NCBI GenBank assembly: GCA_050179685.1
Contig: JBFXEW010000007.1
Span: 79,223-143,222 of the forward strand
Direction: 5' to 3'
Origin: Salinivirgaceae bacterium
Lineage (GTDB): Bacteria > Bacteroidota > Bacteroidia > Bacteroidales > SZUA-534
Length of the DNA stretch: 64,000 bases
The notes under the pieces are model-generated. The model was not told the DNA's origin and did not search any database. It saw only the letters and a program-made list of their open reading frames with translations. Shown here one piece after another: positions 40,489 through 49,682 of this stretch; positions within the stretch are counted from its first letter, which is position 1; each line of letters begins with the position of its first letter. Made by a program: the position numbers and the translations under genes.

Positions 40489-40606
40489 CTCTGTTTTAAC
40501 CCACTCCGAAGTTTCAATGAGGGGGCTCACGCAACAGATTAAGTTAAACCAAAGTGTTGAAGCAGGTCTTTCCTTGTAGATTGAGCCTCGTTGATAATTG
40601 TTAAAT

Positions 40607-40753
40607 TAATGTCGTTTAGTTAAAGAAATTCACCCCTATAATCCCCTCAAGGGGATACCTGCAACGATGGAACAGAGCTAGTCCTTCCGCCGCGGCGGAG
40701 AGGTGCCCGCCTTGGCGGGCGGAGGGTGAAGTCTGCTTAACTAAACGACATTG
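40607..40753. mobile_element. MITE (147 bp, non-autonomous) with terminal inverted repeats and 10-bp target-site duplication
   Basis: AATGTCGTTTAGTTAA (40608-40623) and its exact reverse complement (40737-40752). ATTGTTAAAT on both flanks (40597-40606, 40754-40763). GC-rich internal hairpins and no ORF. Confidence 0.85.
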
Positions 40754-40956
40754 ATTGTTAAATTGATAAACTGCTAATGTCTTAAGTCTTAGGTCTAATA
40801 TCTAAGGTCTAAAGTCTATCATCCAAGGTCATTGATGATTAACGATGTTCAATTTTTGATGTCAGATCTTTGTTCATTGTCAACTGCACATTATTCATTG
40901 CTGTATGGCTGAAGACTGCCAACTGAGGGCTGAAAACTGACTATTGAAAACCGAAA
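40754..40956. repeat. Degenerate heptamer (7-bp period) tandem array, 29 units
   Basis: In-phase blocks: TAAGGTC-like x8, ATnnnnG-like x6, TTCATTG-like x5, ACTGAAA-like x7. Confidence 0.75.
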
Positions 40957-40993
40957 ACCTTACAAGGGCTTGGATCCCTCGTAAGATTTTCGG
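40951..40993 (-). terminator. Long hairpin, probable pgi terminator
   Basis: CCGAAAACCTTACAAGGG-7 nt-CCCTCGTAAGATTTTCGG, an 18-bp stem with 2 mismatches, 8 nt after the pgi stop. Confidence 0.65.
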
Positions 40994-41001
40994 ATATGCT
41001 T

Positions 41002-42354
41002 TTACAAGCGGGCTTTAATGGCTTTGGTTTCGTTTTCGAAACCCGGTTTTTCGAGTAAAGCAAACATGTTCTTTTTGTAAGCTTCTACTCCAGGCTGATC
41101 GAAAGGGTTAACACCCAGCAGGTAGCCGGAAATACCACAGGCAATCTCGTAAAAATAAATGAGTTGTCCCAGGTAATACTCGTTTAACATGGGCAGTTCG
41201 ATTCGCAGGTTAGGAACCCCGCCATCGACATGGGCAATAATGGTTCCCAGCTCGGCCATTTTGTTTACCTCGTCCATGCGTTTGCCGGCTAAAAAGTTCA
41301 AACCGTCGAGATTGGACGCGTCGGTATCAATTACCATTTTACTGTTGGGTTGCGCAATGGAAAGAACGGTCTCGAACAAGGCGCGCCGGCCTTCCTGGAT
41401 GTATTGTCCCATGCTGTGAAGATCGGAAGTGAAATCGACACTTGCCGGGAAGATTCCCTTGCCGTCTTTACCTTCACTTTCGCCATACAATTGCTTCCAC
41501 CATTCGGCAAAATAATGCAGTTTGGGGTTGTAATTCACCATAATCTCGATGTCTTTTCCCGAGCGTAGCAATGCATTTCGGGTAGCGGCATAACGCGCAG
41601 CCAGGTTTTGTTCAAAAGGCACCTCGGGTGCAGTCAGTTTCTCCATATCGGCGGCACCTTTCACCAAAGCACCAAGGTCGAATCCCGCGATGGCAATGGG
41701 TAAAAGTCCCACGGGTGTAAGCACACTGTAGCGGCCTCCCACATCATCGGGAATTACATAGGTTTTGTATCCTTCGCGGGTGGCCAGGGTGCGCAAAGCT
41801 CCTTTGCTGGCATCGGTAATAGCCACAATACGCTGTGCAGCGCCTTCTTTGCTGTATTTTTTTTCGAGATCGGTTTTAAGGATGCGAAAAGCAATGGCGG
41901 GCTCAGTGGTGGTTCCCGATTTTGAGATAACCACTATTCCCCAGCTGCGCCCATGGAGCATGCTGCGTAACTCAGTCATGTAATCTTCGCTGATGTTTTG
42001 TCCGGCAAATACCACCAGGGGATTTTTGCGTTCATTTAACTGGACAAAGTTATCGGAAAGGGCATCAATAACGGCCTTAGCTCCCAGGTAAGATCCTCCG
42101 ATGCCAATTACCACCACTATTTCGCAGTCTTTTTTAAAGCGATCGGCGGTTTGCTGAATGTCTTTCAGTTCTTCAAAAGTAATGGAAGTGGGCAGTTTAA
42201 CCCATCCCAAAAAGTCGTTTCCTTTACCGGTTTTTTGGTAAAGTGCCTCCAGATGTGCCTTGGTTTCATCGGCATAAGCCAGAACCTCGTCATTACGGAC
42301 AAAGTCGAGGGTTTTAGAGGTGTCGAGCAAAATATTTCCCAATTTACTGTTCAT
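41002..42354 (-). CDS. pgi: Glucose-6-phosphate isomerase
   Basis: 'GIGGSYLGA', 'SKSGTTTEP', 'DVGGRYSV', 'QLYGESEGK' and '[12 protein letters not shown]'. Confidence 0.97.
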   Translation of the reverse strand: MNSKLGNILLDTSKTLDFVRNDEVLAYADETKAHLEALYQKTGKGNDFLGWVKLPTSITFEELKDIQQTADRFKKDCEIVVVIGIGGSYLGAKAVIDALSDNFVQLNERKNPLVVFAGQNISEDYMTELRSMLHGRSWGIVVISKSGTTTEPAIAFRILKTDLEKKYSKEGAAQRIVAITDASKGALRTLATREGYKTYVIPDDVGGRYSVLTPVGLLPIAIAGFDLGALVKGAADMEKLTAPEVPFEQNLAARYAATRNALLRSGKDIEIMVNYNPKLHYFAEWWKQLYGESEGKDGKGIFPASVDFTSDLHSMGQYIQEGRRALFETVLSIAQPNSKMVIDTDASNLDGLNFLAGKRMDEVNKMAELGTIIAHVDGGVPNLRIELPMLNEYYLGQLIYFYEIACGISGYLLGVNPFDQPGVEAYKKNMFALLEKPGFENETKAIKARL

Positions 42355-42373
42355 ATATGTTGTTTTTGAGTTT

Positions 42374-43369
42374 CTAAGTAAGTTTTTCGGTCAGCTCTTT
42401 AATCACACGGCGTGGCGATTGTTTTTCGTAAAGGATACGGTAAATGCTGTTGGCAATAGGCATGTCGACCTGGAATTTTTTATTGATTTCCCAAATGCCT
42501 TTCGAAGCAAAATAGCCCTCGGCCACCATATTCATTTCACTTTGGATGTATTTTACCGAATAGCCTTTACCCACCATGGTTCCAAAGTGCCGGTTTCGGC
42601 TAAACTGCGAGTAGGCAGTAACCAACAGGTCGCCCAGGTAGGCACTGTCTTTAATGTCGCGTTGAATGGGATACACGGCGTCGGTAAAGCGTTTCATTTC
42701 ACGAATGGCATTACTGATGAGCACAGCCTGAAAGTTGTCGCCAAAACCCTGGCCCTGACATACGCCGGCAGCCAGCGCGTAAATGTTTTTAAGTACCGCA
42801 GCATATTCGGTTCCCAGTATATCGTCCGACAAGTTGGTACGGATGTATCGGTTGTTGTAAACTTCGGTTAGCGCTTTGGCTTTTTCCTGATTGGTAAAAG
42901 CTATGGTCAGGTACGACAAACGCTCCAGGGCAACCTCTTCGGCATGACAGGGACCCGATATTACCCCAATCGATTCGTAAGGCACGGCATAGTTTTGATG
43001 TATAAACTCTCCTACCAGCAGGTTATCGTCGGGGATAATCCCCTTGATGGCTGTAACAATGGTTTTATCGTTAAGCGGAAGGGTAAGCCCCTGCAAAGCA
43101 AACTTCAGGTAAGCCGACGGAATAATAAACATAATGGTATCCGATTCGGCCACCAGTTGATTGATGTCGCTGGTGAGGTTCAACAACGAGGTGTCGAAAT
43201 CCACATCGCTTAAATATTTTGGATTGTTTCCGAACTCTTTTATGTGTTCTACCACATCGGTTTCGTGAATAAACCAGTTGATGGACTGTTTTTTTTCGAG
43301 GATAATTTTTGCATTGGCTGTAGCCCAGCTTCCTCCTCCAACTATCCCAATTTTTCCTAAATTAAACAT
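42374..43369 (-). CDS. gpsA: NAD(P)H-dependent glycerol-3-phosphate dehydrogenase
   Basis: 'GGGSWATA', 'SGPCHAEEV', 'LKNIYA', 'GDLLVT..S.FSRN' and 'VAEG'. Confidence 0.94.
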   Translation of the reverse strand: MFNLGKIGIVGGGSWATANAKIILEKKQSINWFIHETDVVEHIKEFGNNPKYLSDVDFDTSLLNLTSDINQLVAESDTIMFIIPSAYLKFALQGLTLPLNDKTIVTAIKGIIPDDNLLVGEFIHQNYAVPYESIGVISGPCHAEEVALERLSYLTIAFTNQEKAKALTEVYNNRYIRTNLSDDILGTEYAAVLKNIYALAAGVCQGQGFGDNFQAVLISNAIREMKRFTDAVYPIQRDIKDSAYLGDLLVTAYSQFSRNRHFGTMVGKGYSVKYIQSEMNMVAEGYFASKGIWEINKKFQVDMPIANSIYRILYEKQSPRRVIKELTEKLT

Positions 43370-43394
43370 GAAGTTGTTCTGTTTTTAGTTTGCG

Positions 43395-43402
43395 CAAATA
43401 TA
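43395..43402 (-). promoter_or_regulatory. -7 promoter box (TATATTTG) of gpsA-pgi
   Basis: CAAATATA on the + strand, 25 nt upstream of gpsA. Confidence 0.65.
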
Positions 43403-43431
43403 AGCATTTTGCTGAGTGCATCGAAAAGCAA

Positions 43432-43462
43432 ACATAAAAACAAAACCGGCATGCAGCCGGTT
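43432..43462 (-). terminator. Intrinsic terminator after the two exported-protein genes
   Basis: AACCGGC-5 nt-GCCGGTT followed by a U-rich tract on the - strand. Confidence 0.7.
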
Positions 43463-43466
43463 GGTG

Positions 43467-44270
43467 TTATTCCCGGTATATCTCGAACGAAAACGACTCC
43501 AGATGCCTCTCATCGGGCGGAATGGACATGATCCAATCGGTAATATCTTTGTAATTCACCTTTCCGGTATAATACAAATCTTCTTTCAGTAATACCACTA
43601 CCAGTCGGTTTAACTCCCGTTGCAAACCCTTATTTTCGATAATCATTTCATACGAATCAACCAGATTGGGGTCAGGAAACTGATAGGTGGTTTGCTGCAA
43701 CAGTTGGTTTGAATGTTCGTATTCGTTTGGCAGCAAAACGTACGATTGATTGGTAAACATAAAAGCCCTTACAAAGCAGGCCTGGGTTGGCTTAATGGTA
43801 AACGATAATCCGTCGCCTTCCTTATAAACAGGCTTTACACCCTCAATCCAGGCATTGAAAGTCCTGTCGATTTTGCTTTCGTACTTTATAACTGTGCATT
43901 TTATGGTTACATCAAATTTCAATTGACCTTCGGGGGTAAACGACGGATTACTTGAAAGTACCTCAACATTCTTAACCGTGCCGTTTATTTGTGAAAGAAT
44001 ATCGGAGGTAAAAAGCTCCTCCATACTATTTTCAGTTTCGGCCCTGAAAAAATCAGTATAACTATTGATGTTTTCTTCAATTCCGGCTTCTTTCAGCGCT
44101 TTTACTTTAGCATCATTAATTGCTCTTTGTTTAACCTGTTCGGGCGACAAGGTTTCTCCGCCAAAAGCCACCCCCGAAACGGCTTTAACCTTGTGTTCGG
44201 TTATTTTTTTTTGTGCCGATGCGCTTAGCGCGATGCCTGTTATTAATATTATTGCCAGAAGCTTTTCCAT
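43467..44270 (-). CDS. Exported hypothetical protein (LPP20/FlgT-N-like N-terminus, DUF4384-like C-terminus)
   Basis: Signal peptide, 'QRAINDAKVKALKEAG' and 'PVYKEGDGLSFTIKPTQACFV'. Confidence 0.5.
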   Translation of the reverse strand: MEKLLAIILITGIALSASAQKKITEHKVKAVSGVAFGGETLSPEQVKQRAINDAKVKALKEAGIEENINSYTDFFRAETENSMEELFTSDILSQINGTVKNVEVLSSNPSFTPEGQLKFDVTIKCTVIKYESKIDRTFNAWIEGVKPVYKEGDGLSFTIKPTQACFVRAFMFTNQSYVLLPNEYEHSNQLLQQTTYQFPDPNLVDSYEMIIENKGLQRELNRLVVVLLKEDLYYTGKVNYKDITDWIMSIPPDERHLESFSFEIYRE

Positions 44271-44273
44271 TTT

Positions 44274-45041
44274 TTAAAAAAGTTGATTGGTTTCAATAAA
44301 CTGACCTTCACTGATTCGGAATACCGACCACTTGTTTCCGGGTTCACCCCGGGGAATCTGGAACACGTAAAGTAAGCGGCCTTCGGCATAAACTTTTACT
44401 GTTGCTTTGGAATCAGATAATTCTCTTGAGCTTCCATTTTGCCGGTTGGTAAAGTCGTGTACAAAAAAATCGTAAGTGGCCAGGTCGTCAAGGTTATTAA
44501 TGGTTATGGTTTCGGGACCGTATCCGTCCATGTCGTCGCGGTCGAGCCGTCCACTACCGTCGCTAAGTACTTTGGTGTGATGGTACGACAGGTGATAGCC
44601 ATTCTTTTTCATAAAATGGGCATCCAAATCTACCGGCTCTCTGTCCCAATCGAGTACCATGCGTACTTTTTTTAAATCGAGAACCGGCGACACAGATATG
44701 CGGTTAAAGAATAAGGTGCCGGCAATGACTTCCACTTTAAAAATACTGCTAATGTATTTGGGACATTCAAACTGCACCTGTAAAAAGCCATCCTCGTCGG
44801 GAACCGGAAAGCGTACTTTCCCTTCCGCATCGGAAGTGAGTTCGTATTCGTTGTCAACAGTTACTGAAGCTCCGTCGACCGGATCGCCGGTAAGGGCATT
44901 GAAAAAGCGCAGGGTTAGGTTACCTGCTTCATCTTCTTCCATTACATCGTCGAATTTATTACGAAACTTTTCGCGGTTATCCTGGGCAAATACTCCCTGA
45001 AAAAGAAACCCTAAAAGGAGGATGGTACTTACAATTTTCAT
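44274..45041 (-). CDS. Exported protein with Ig-like domain and YfaP/DUF2135-like domain
   Basis: Signal peptide, 'NALTGDPVDGASV', 'VLDWD..PVDLDAH' and 'LDRDDMDGYGPETITI'. Confidence 0.6.
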   Translation of the reverse strand: MKIVSTILLLGFLFQGVFAQDNREKFRNKFDDVMEEDEAGNLTLRFFNALTGDPVDGASVTVDNEYELTSDAEGKVRFPVPDEDGFLQVQFECPKYISSIFKVEVIAGTLFFNRISVSPVLDLKKVRMVLDWDREPVDLDAHFMKKNGYHLSYHHTKVLSDGSGRLDRDDMDGYGPETITINNLDDLATYDFFVHDFTNRQNGSSRELSDSKATVKVYAEGRLLYVFQIPRGEPGNKWSVFRISEGQFIETNQLF

Positions 45042-45328
45042 ACAAGTCTGTTTTAATGGTGGTAAATTTATTGTTTTCTCTATTACAAATCAAATGGTTT
45101 ACTTACAAATATTATGTAGCATTCCCGATTGCTTCTTTGGAAGTCCTTTGTCAGGAATTCCATATCATCAAGTGAACGTTTGACATTATAGAGCAGAAAG
45201 CACCTTTAAAAGTTGCTTGCGGGACTTAAAAAAGTATGGGTGCTTAATTCCAAATCAAATAGGTACATGTAGTCGCAAATTAATCAGGATTTTGTACCTT
45301 TAGGTTTCCTAAACCAAAAACTAAGCTT

Positions 45329-45985
45329 ATGAAAACAGCTAAGAAATTTGCTCTTGTGCTTTCAGGGTGCGGAGTTTACGACGGCGCAGAGATTCATGAA
45401 GCCACGCTTTCGATGCTGGCCATTGATAAAGCCGGATGTACTTACCAGTGTTTTGCACCTGACATTCAGCAGCATCATGTTATAAATCACCTTAGCGGTG
45501 AAGAGATGAAAGAAAAGCGAAATGTGCTGGTTGAATCGGCACGAATTGCCCGTGGAAACATAAAGCCTTTATCGGAATATAAAGCTTACGACTTTGACGG
45601 GATACTTTTCCCCGGAGGTTTTGGCGCAGCAAAAAATCTTTCCGATCTGGCTTTTAAAGGAGCTGATTGTACGGTAATTGATGAGGTTGAACAGGCTGCT
45701 ATGAGCACTTATCTGGCCGGTAAACCCATTGGTGCTTTATGTATTGCTCCGGCTGTAATGGCCAGGATTTTTCAAGGGGCTTCGGTAACTATTGGAAACG
45801 AGCTCAGCACCATTGAAACCATCGAAAAAATGGGAAGCAAACACGAGCATAAAAGCTATGGCGAAGTGGCTATCGATAAGCAGTACAAACTGGTTACCAC
45901 TCCCTGCTATATGCTAAAATCGACCATTAGTCAGATTGAAGCCGGTGCCACCCGCGTGGTTCAATCAATGTTGGATTTAATGTAA
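45329..45985 (+). CDS. elbB: ElbB/ES1 glyoxalase (DJ-1/PfpI superfamily)
   Basis: 'LSGCGVYDGAEIHEA', 'ESARIARG', 'PGGFGAAKNL' and 'CIAP'. Confidence 0.92.
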   Translation: MKTAKKFALVLSGCGVYDGAEIHEATLSMLAIDKAGCTYQCFAPDIQQHHVINHLSGEEMKEKRNVLVESARIARGNIKPLSEYKAYDFDGILFPGGFGAAKNLSDLAFKGADCTVIDEVEQAAMSTYLAGKPIGALCIAPAVMARIFQGASVTIGNELSTIETIEKMGSKHEHKSYGEVAIDKQYKLVTTPCYMLKSTISQIEAGATRVVQSMLDLM

Positions 45986-46002
45986 GCTAAACGATTTAAT
46001 CC

Positions 46003-46500
46003 ATGAAAACCCTGATGTTGATGCGGCATGCCAAATCGAGCTGGAAAGAGCCCCTTCCCGAGGATAGGGAACGGCCAATTTTGAATAAGGGAATTAAGCG
46101 TACGCGACGTACCGCACGTTTTATAACAGAAAAAGGACTTATTCCGGAACTAATTCTCAGCAGCCCGGCTGTCAGAGCCTGGCAAACTGCTGATTTATTG
46201 CTTGAAGAACTGGGAACCAACATAAAGATTAAGCAGGTTGATGCTTTGTACCCGGGTAGTTCAGCCGCTCTGTTAAAAGCTACCTGGCAGGTAAACGATA
46301 AATACAACAGCTTATTAATTATTGGGCACAATCCCGGATTGAGCGACCTGGCCTGTTATCTTTTGGGAACTCAGGAAGCCTCCTGGATTCCCACATCGGG
46401 CCTGGTAGTTATTTCATTTCTTTACGACCGCTGGCAGGAAATTAAGCCGGGCGAAGGGAGCATGCTGCATTACATTCAACCCAAAGCCTTACCCGATTGA
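46003..46500 (+). CDS. sixA: SixA-type histidine phosphatase
   Basis: 'LMRHAKSSW', 'SSPAVRAWQT' and 'IIGHNP'. Confidence 0.85.
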   Translation: MKTLMLMRHAKSSWKEPLPEDRERPILNKGIKRTRRTARFITEKGLIPELILSSPAVRAWQTADLLLEELGTNIKIKQVDALYPGSSAALLKATWQVNDKYNSLLIIGHNPGLSDLACYLLGTQEASWIPTSGLVVISFLYDRWQEIKPGEGSMLHYIQPKALPD

Positions 46501-46631
46501 GCAAAATTCAGGCTTTTTAACAAATACCGTTTAATCTTGTTGCTATACATAACCCGAATATCGCGGGTATGATTTCAACAAATCGATTAAAATCTGGAAA
46601 GTTTACATCAAATAAATTAATACTTTTGGGC

Positions 46632-48698
46632 ATGAGTAATTTCAGTCTAAAATATTTCGACCGTGAGCTAAGCTGGTTGTGTTTTAACGCAAGGGTGTTG
46701 CAGGAAGCTGCCGATAAATCGACCCCATTGAACGAACGCATCAAGTTTTTAGGGATTTATTCAAACAATCAGGATGAGTTTTTTAGGGTTCGTGTGGCAT
46801 CGTTGTATCGCCTGATTGAACTGGAACGAAAAAATTTCGGGAAAGAACTACAATCGTTTAAAGGGATACTTAACGATGTGCTGGCTGAAGTGCGCAGGCA
46901 ACAGCTTACTTTTAATGGCATTTACGAGGAACTGATTGAAGACTTAAAACAACACAATATTTTTTTAATTAACGAACAGCAACTCGATGAGGAACAGGGT
47001 GTTTTTGTGCGACAGTATTTTCGCGACGAGGTACGGCACCATCTATTCCCCATCATGCTGAAAAATTTTACATCGGCAACGTATTTAACCGATCAGTCGA
47101 TTTATTTGGCCACCATACTGCAGCGTAGCGATAAGCCTGAAAAAAACACTTATGCCATCATCGAGATTCCGACCAATGTAATTAACCGCTTTTTGGTTCT
47201 TCCTGAAAAAGAGGGAAAAAAGTTTATTATTATTCTCGACGACATTATTCGCTTTTGTCTCGACGAAATATTTACCCGCTTTAAGTACGACGGGTTTAAG
47301 GCTTATACCTTTAAGTTTAACCGCGATGCCGAGTTAGACATTGATAACGATGTGTCGAAAAGTTTTGTGGAACTGATGGCTGAGAGTCTGGAACAGCGCA
47401 AGCGGGGTTCTGCCTTGCGTTTTGTTTACGATCGCGAGATGCCTGCTGAACTGCTCGAAGCGGTAACTCAAAAATTACGATTTACCGCCAAGGACCATTT
47501 GGTGCAGGGAGGTCCTTACCATAACTTTAAAGATTACATGAGTTTTCCGAATATCGGTGGCCCCGGGTTGGAAAACCAGAAAGTAAAACCGCTCCCGCAT
47601 AAAGACATTCCCGATGGCTCGAGCATTATTCGCGTGATACGGCAAAAGGATTTAATGTTGCATTATCCGTTTCAGAACTTCCAGTATATTGTCGATCTGC
47701 TGCGCGAGGCCAGCATCGACCCCAAAGTACGTTCCATTAAAATGACTATTTACCGGCTGGCAAACCCTTCGAACATTATCAATGCTTTGATAAATGCCGC
47801 ACGAAACGGTAAGCGGGTTACGGTATTTATGGAACTTCAGGCACGGTTCGACGAGGAAGCCAATATTTATTGGTCGGAACGCTTGCAGGAAGCCGGAGTA
47901 AAAGTACTGCAAAGTATTCCGGGATTAAAGGTACACAGCAAGCTAATTTTAATTAAACGCCGCGAGAACAATGGTTACCGGCATTATGCCAATATTGGAA
48001 CCGGAAATTTTCATGAAAAAACGGCCCGTTTATACATCGACAGTTCACTTTTAACAGCCAACCCGCAAATTACCAACGAGGTTGATAAGGTTTTCGATTT
48101 ATTCGAAGCTTCGTATCGTCCCATGCGTTTTAATAATATTGTGGTAAGTCCGTTCGGTACCCGCAACTTCTTTTTAAAACTGCTGAATATTGAAATGCGG
48201 AATGCAAGATTGGGAAAGGAAGCCTGGGCTATCATTAAATTAAACAGCCTGTCGGATGTTACGCTAATAAATAAGTTGTATGCAGCCAGTCAGGCCGGAG
48301 TAAAACTTAAGCTCATAATAAGGGGTATTTGCAAACTGATTCCGGGAATTCCCGAGCTCAGCGAAAATATTGAAGCACGGAGTATTGTAGACAAATACCT
48401 TGAACATACGCGCGCCATGATTTTCTGCAACGGGGGCGACGAAAAGTATTATATTTCATCGGCCGACTGGATGGTTCGTAACCTTGACAACCGAATTGAA
48501 GTAACAGTACCTGTTTTTGATAAGGAAATTCAAAAGGAATTGAAAGACATGATGAACATACAACTCAGTGACAATACCAAAGCACGTGTAATCGATAAAG
48601 AAATGTCGAACAAATATTATCGCGACGGTAAAGAAACAGTTCGTTCGCAGGAAGCTATTTATAATTATCTTAAGAATATTCACTTAACAGCTAAATAA
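46632..48698 (+). CDS. ppk1: Polyphosphate kinase 1
   Basis: 'YFDRELSWL', 'NQDEFFRVRVA', 'ELQARFDEEANI', 'KVHSKL' and 'SSADWMVRNL'. Start taken at MSNF (46632). Confidence 0.96.
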   Translation: MSNFSLKYFDRELSWLCFNARVLQEAADKSTPLNERIKFLGIYSNNQDEFFRVRVASLYRLIELERKNFGKELQSFKGILNDVLAEVRRQQLTFNGIYEELIEDLKQHNIFLINEQQLDEEQGVFVRQYFRDEVRHHLFPIMLKNFTSATYLTDQSIYLATILQRSDKPEKNTYAIIEIPTNVINRFLVLPEKEGKKFIIILDDIIRFCLDEIFTRFKYDGFKAYTFKFNRDAELDIDNDVSKSFVELMAESLEQRKRGSALRFVYDREMPAELLEAVTQKLRFTAKDHLVQGGPYHNFKDYMSFPNIGGPGLENQKVKPLPHKDIPDGSSIIRVIRQKDLMLHYPFQNFQYIVDLLREASIDPKVRSIKMTIYRLANPSNIINALINAARNGKRVTVFMELQARFDEEANIYWSERLQEAGVKVLQSIPGLKVHSKLILIKRRENNGYRHYANIGTGNFHEKTARLYIDSSLLTANPQITNEVDKVFDLFEASYRPMRFNNIVVSPFGTRNFFLKLLNIEMRNARLGKEAWAIIKLNSLSDVTLINKLYAASQAGVKLKLIIRGICKLIPGIPELSENIEARSIVDKYLEHTRAMIFCNGGDEKYYISSADWMVRNLDNRIEVTVPVFDKEIQKELKDMMNIQLSDNTKARVIDKEMSNKYYRDGKETVRSQEAIYNYLKNIHLTAK

Positions 48699-48706
48699 GC
48701 GCATAC

Positions 48707-49606
48707 ATGATTTTTGCATCTATTGATATTGGCTCCAATGCCGGAAGGCTACTGGTAGCTACAGTTCATGAATTTAACAAGAAGCCGATAAGCGAAAAAA
48801 TTACCCTGGTACGCGTTCCTTTACGTCTGGGTATCGATGTGTTTGAAAAAGGCTATATTACTCCGGAGCGACAGGATTTGTTAATCCGCACTTTTGAGGC
48901 TTACCATCAGTTGTTGAATGTTTACAAGCCCATCGATTTTTATGCCGTAGCCACCAGCGCCATGCGCGAGGCTTCGAACCGGGTTGAAGTGATGAACCGG
49001 ATAAAAAATGAAACCGGCTTTACATTGCATCTGATTGAAGGACGAAGAGAAGCTGAGATAATCAGCAATTCGGGCAATACCAACCTGATAAAAGAACATC
49101 CACATTCTTTATTTATCGATGTGGGAGGAGGAAGCACCGAACTCTCGTGGTATGCAAACGATGAATTAATCAGCACCAAATCGTTCGATGTGGGAACTAT
49201 TCGTCTGCTTTTCGACAAAGTGGAACGCTCAGAATGGGAATCGTTAAAACATTGGTTAACAGACATAAAACTGGAACAACAGCCGTTTAACTGTATCTGT
49301 TCCGGGGGAAATATCAACAAACTAACCAAACTGTTTGGAAACCGCAATAAGAACACGCTTTCGTACTCGCAACTGACTGAAGGGCATGAATTGCTCGAAG
49401 GATATTCGGTTGAAGACCGCGTGGAAAAGATGGGCCTGCGGATTGACCGTGCCGATGTAATAGTGCCTGCGGCCATTATTTTCAAAAAAATTATGAGCTG
49501 GGGTAAAATTCAGGAATTGCAGGCTCCAAAGATTGGATTGGCCGACGGAGTTATTGTTGAACTTTATAAGCGACACAAAGGACTGCCGTCAATTTTAAGC
49601 GAATAG
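48707..49606 (+). CDS. ppx: Exopolyphosphatase (Ppx/GppA family, short form)
   Basis: 'IDIGSNA', 'ATSAMREA', 'DVGGGSTE' and 'RADVIVPA'. Follows ppk1. Confidence 0.92.
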   Translation: MIFASIDIGSNAGRLLVATVHEFNKKPISEKITLVRVPLRLGIDVFEKGYITPERQDLLIRTFEAYHQLLNVYKPIDFYAVATSAMREASNRVEVMNRIKNETGFTLHLIEGRREAEIISNSGNTNLIKEHPHSLFIDVGGGSTELSWYANDELISTKSFDVGTIRLLFDKVERSEWESLKHWLTDIKLEQQPFNCICSGGNINKLTKLFGNRNKNTLSYSQLTEGHELLEGYSVEDRVEKMGLRIDRADVIVPAAIIFKKIMSWGKIQELQAPKIGLADGVIVELYKRHKGLPSILSE

Positions 49607-49621
49607 CATTTTATTTATATC

Positions 49622-49659
49622 AAAAAAGCTGCGTACCTCTCCGGGTGCACAGCTTTTTT
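49622..49659. terminator. Bidirectional terminator between ppx and the convergent hypothetical gene
   Basis: AAAAAAGCTG...CAGCTTTTTT inverted repeat. Confidence 0.75.
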
Positions 49660-49682
49660 TGTTTTACATTCGTTGCAGGGTT

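Noticed and set aside
40100-40600. Cobalamin riboswitch upstream of mutAB
   Set aside because: GCAGGTCT at 40562 resembles the reverse complement of the 3' box, but the GGGAA/CCCGC/ACTGT core is absent. The mutA -7 box is only 25 nt from the ATG, leaving no room for a riboswitch leader.
42320-42871. 183-aa + strand ORF and the other 60-180 aa antisense ORFs in the track (e.g. 14717-15100, 17371-17793, 25433-25873, 48940-49485)
   Set aside because: They lie antisense or frame-shifted within well-supported genes and have no recognisable motifs; these are shadow ORFs.
45130-45250. Structured RNA in the 287-bp divergent gap before elbB
   Set aside because: Only short, mutually competing 6-7 bp complementarities (AAGCACC/GGTGCTT, AAGTCC/GGACTT), as expected by chance.
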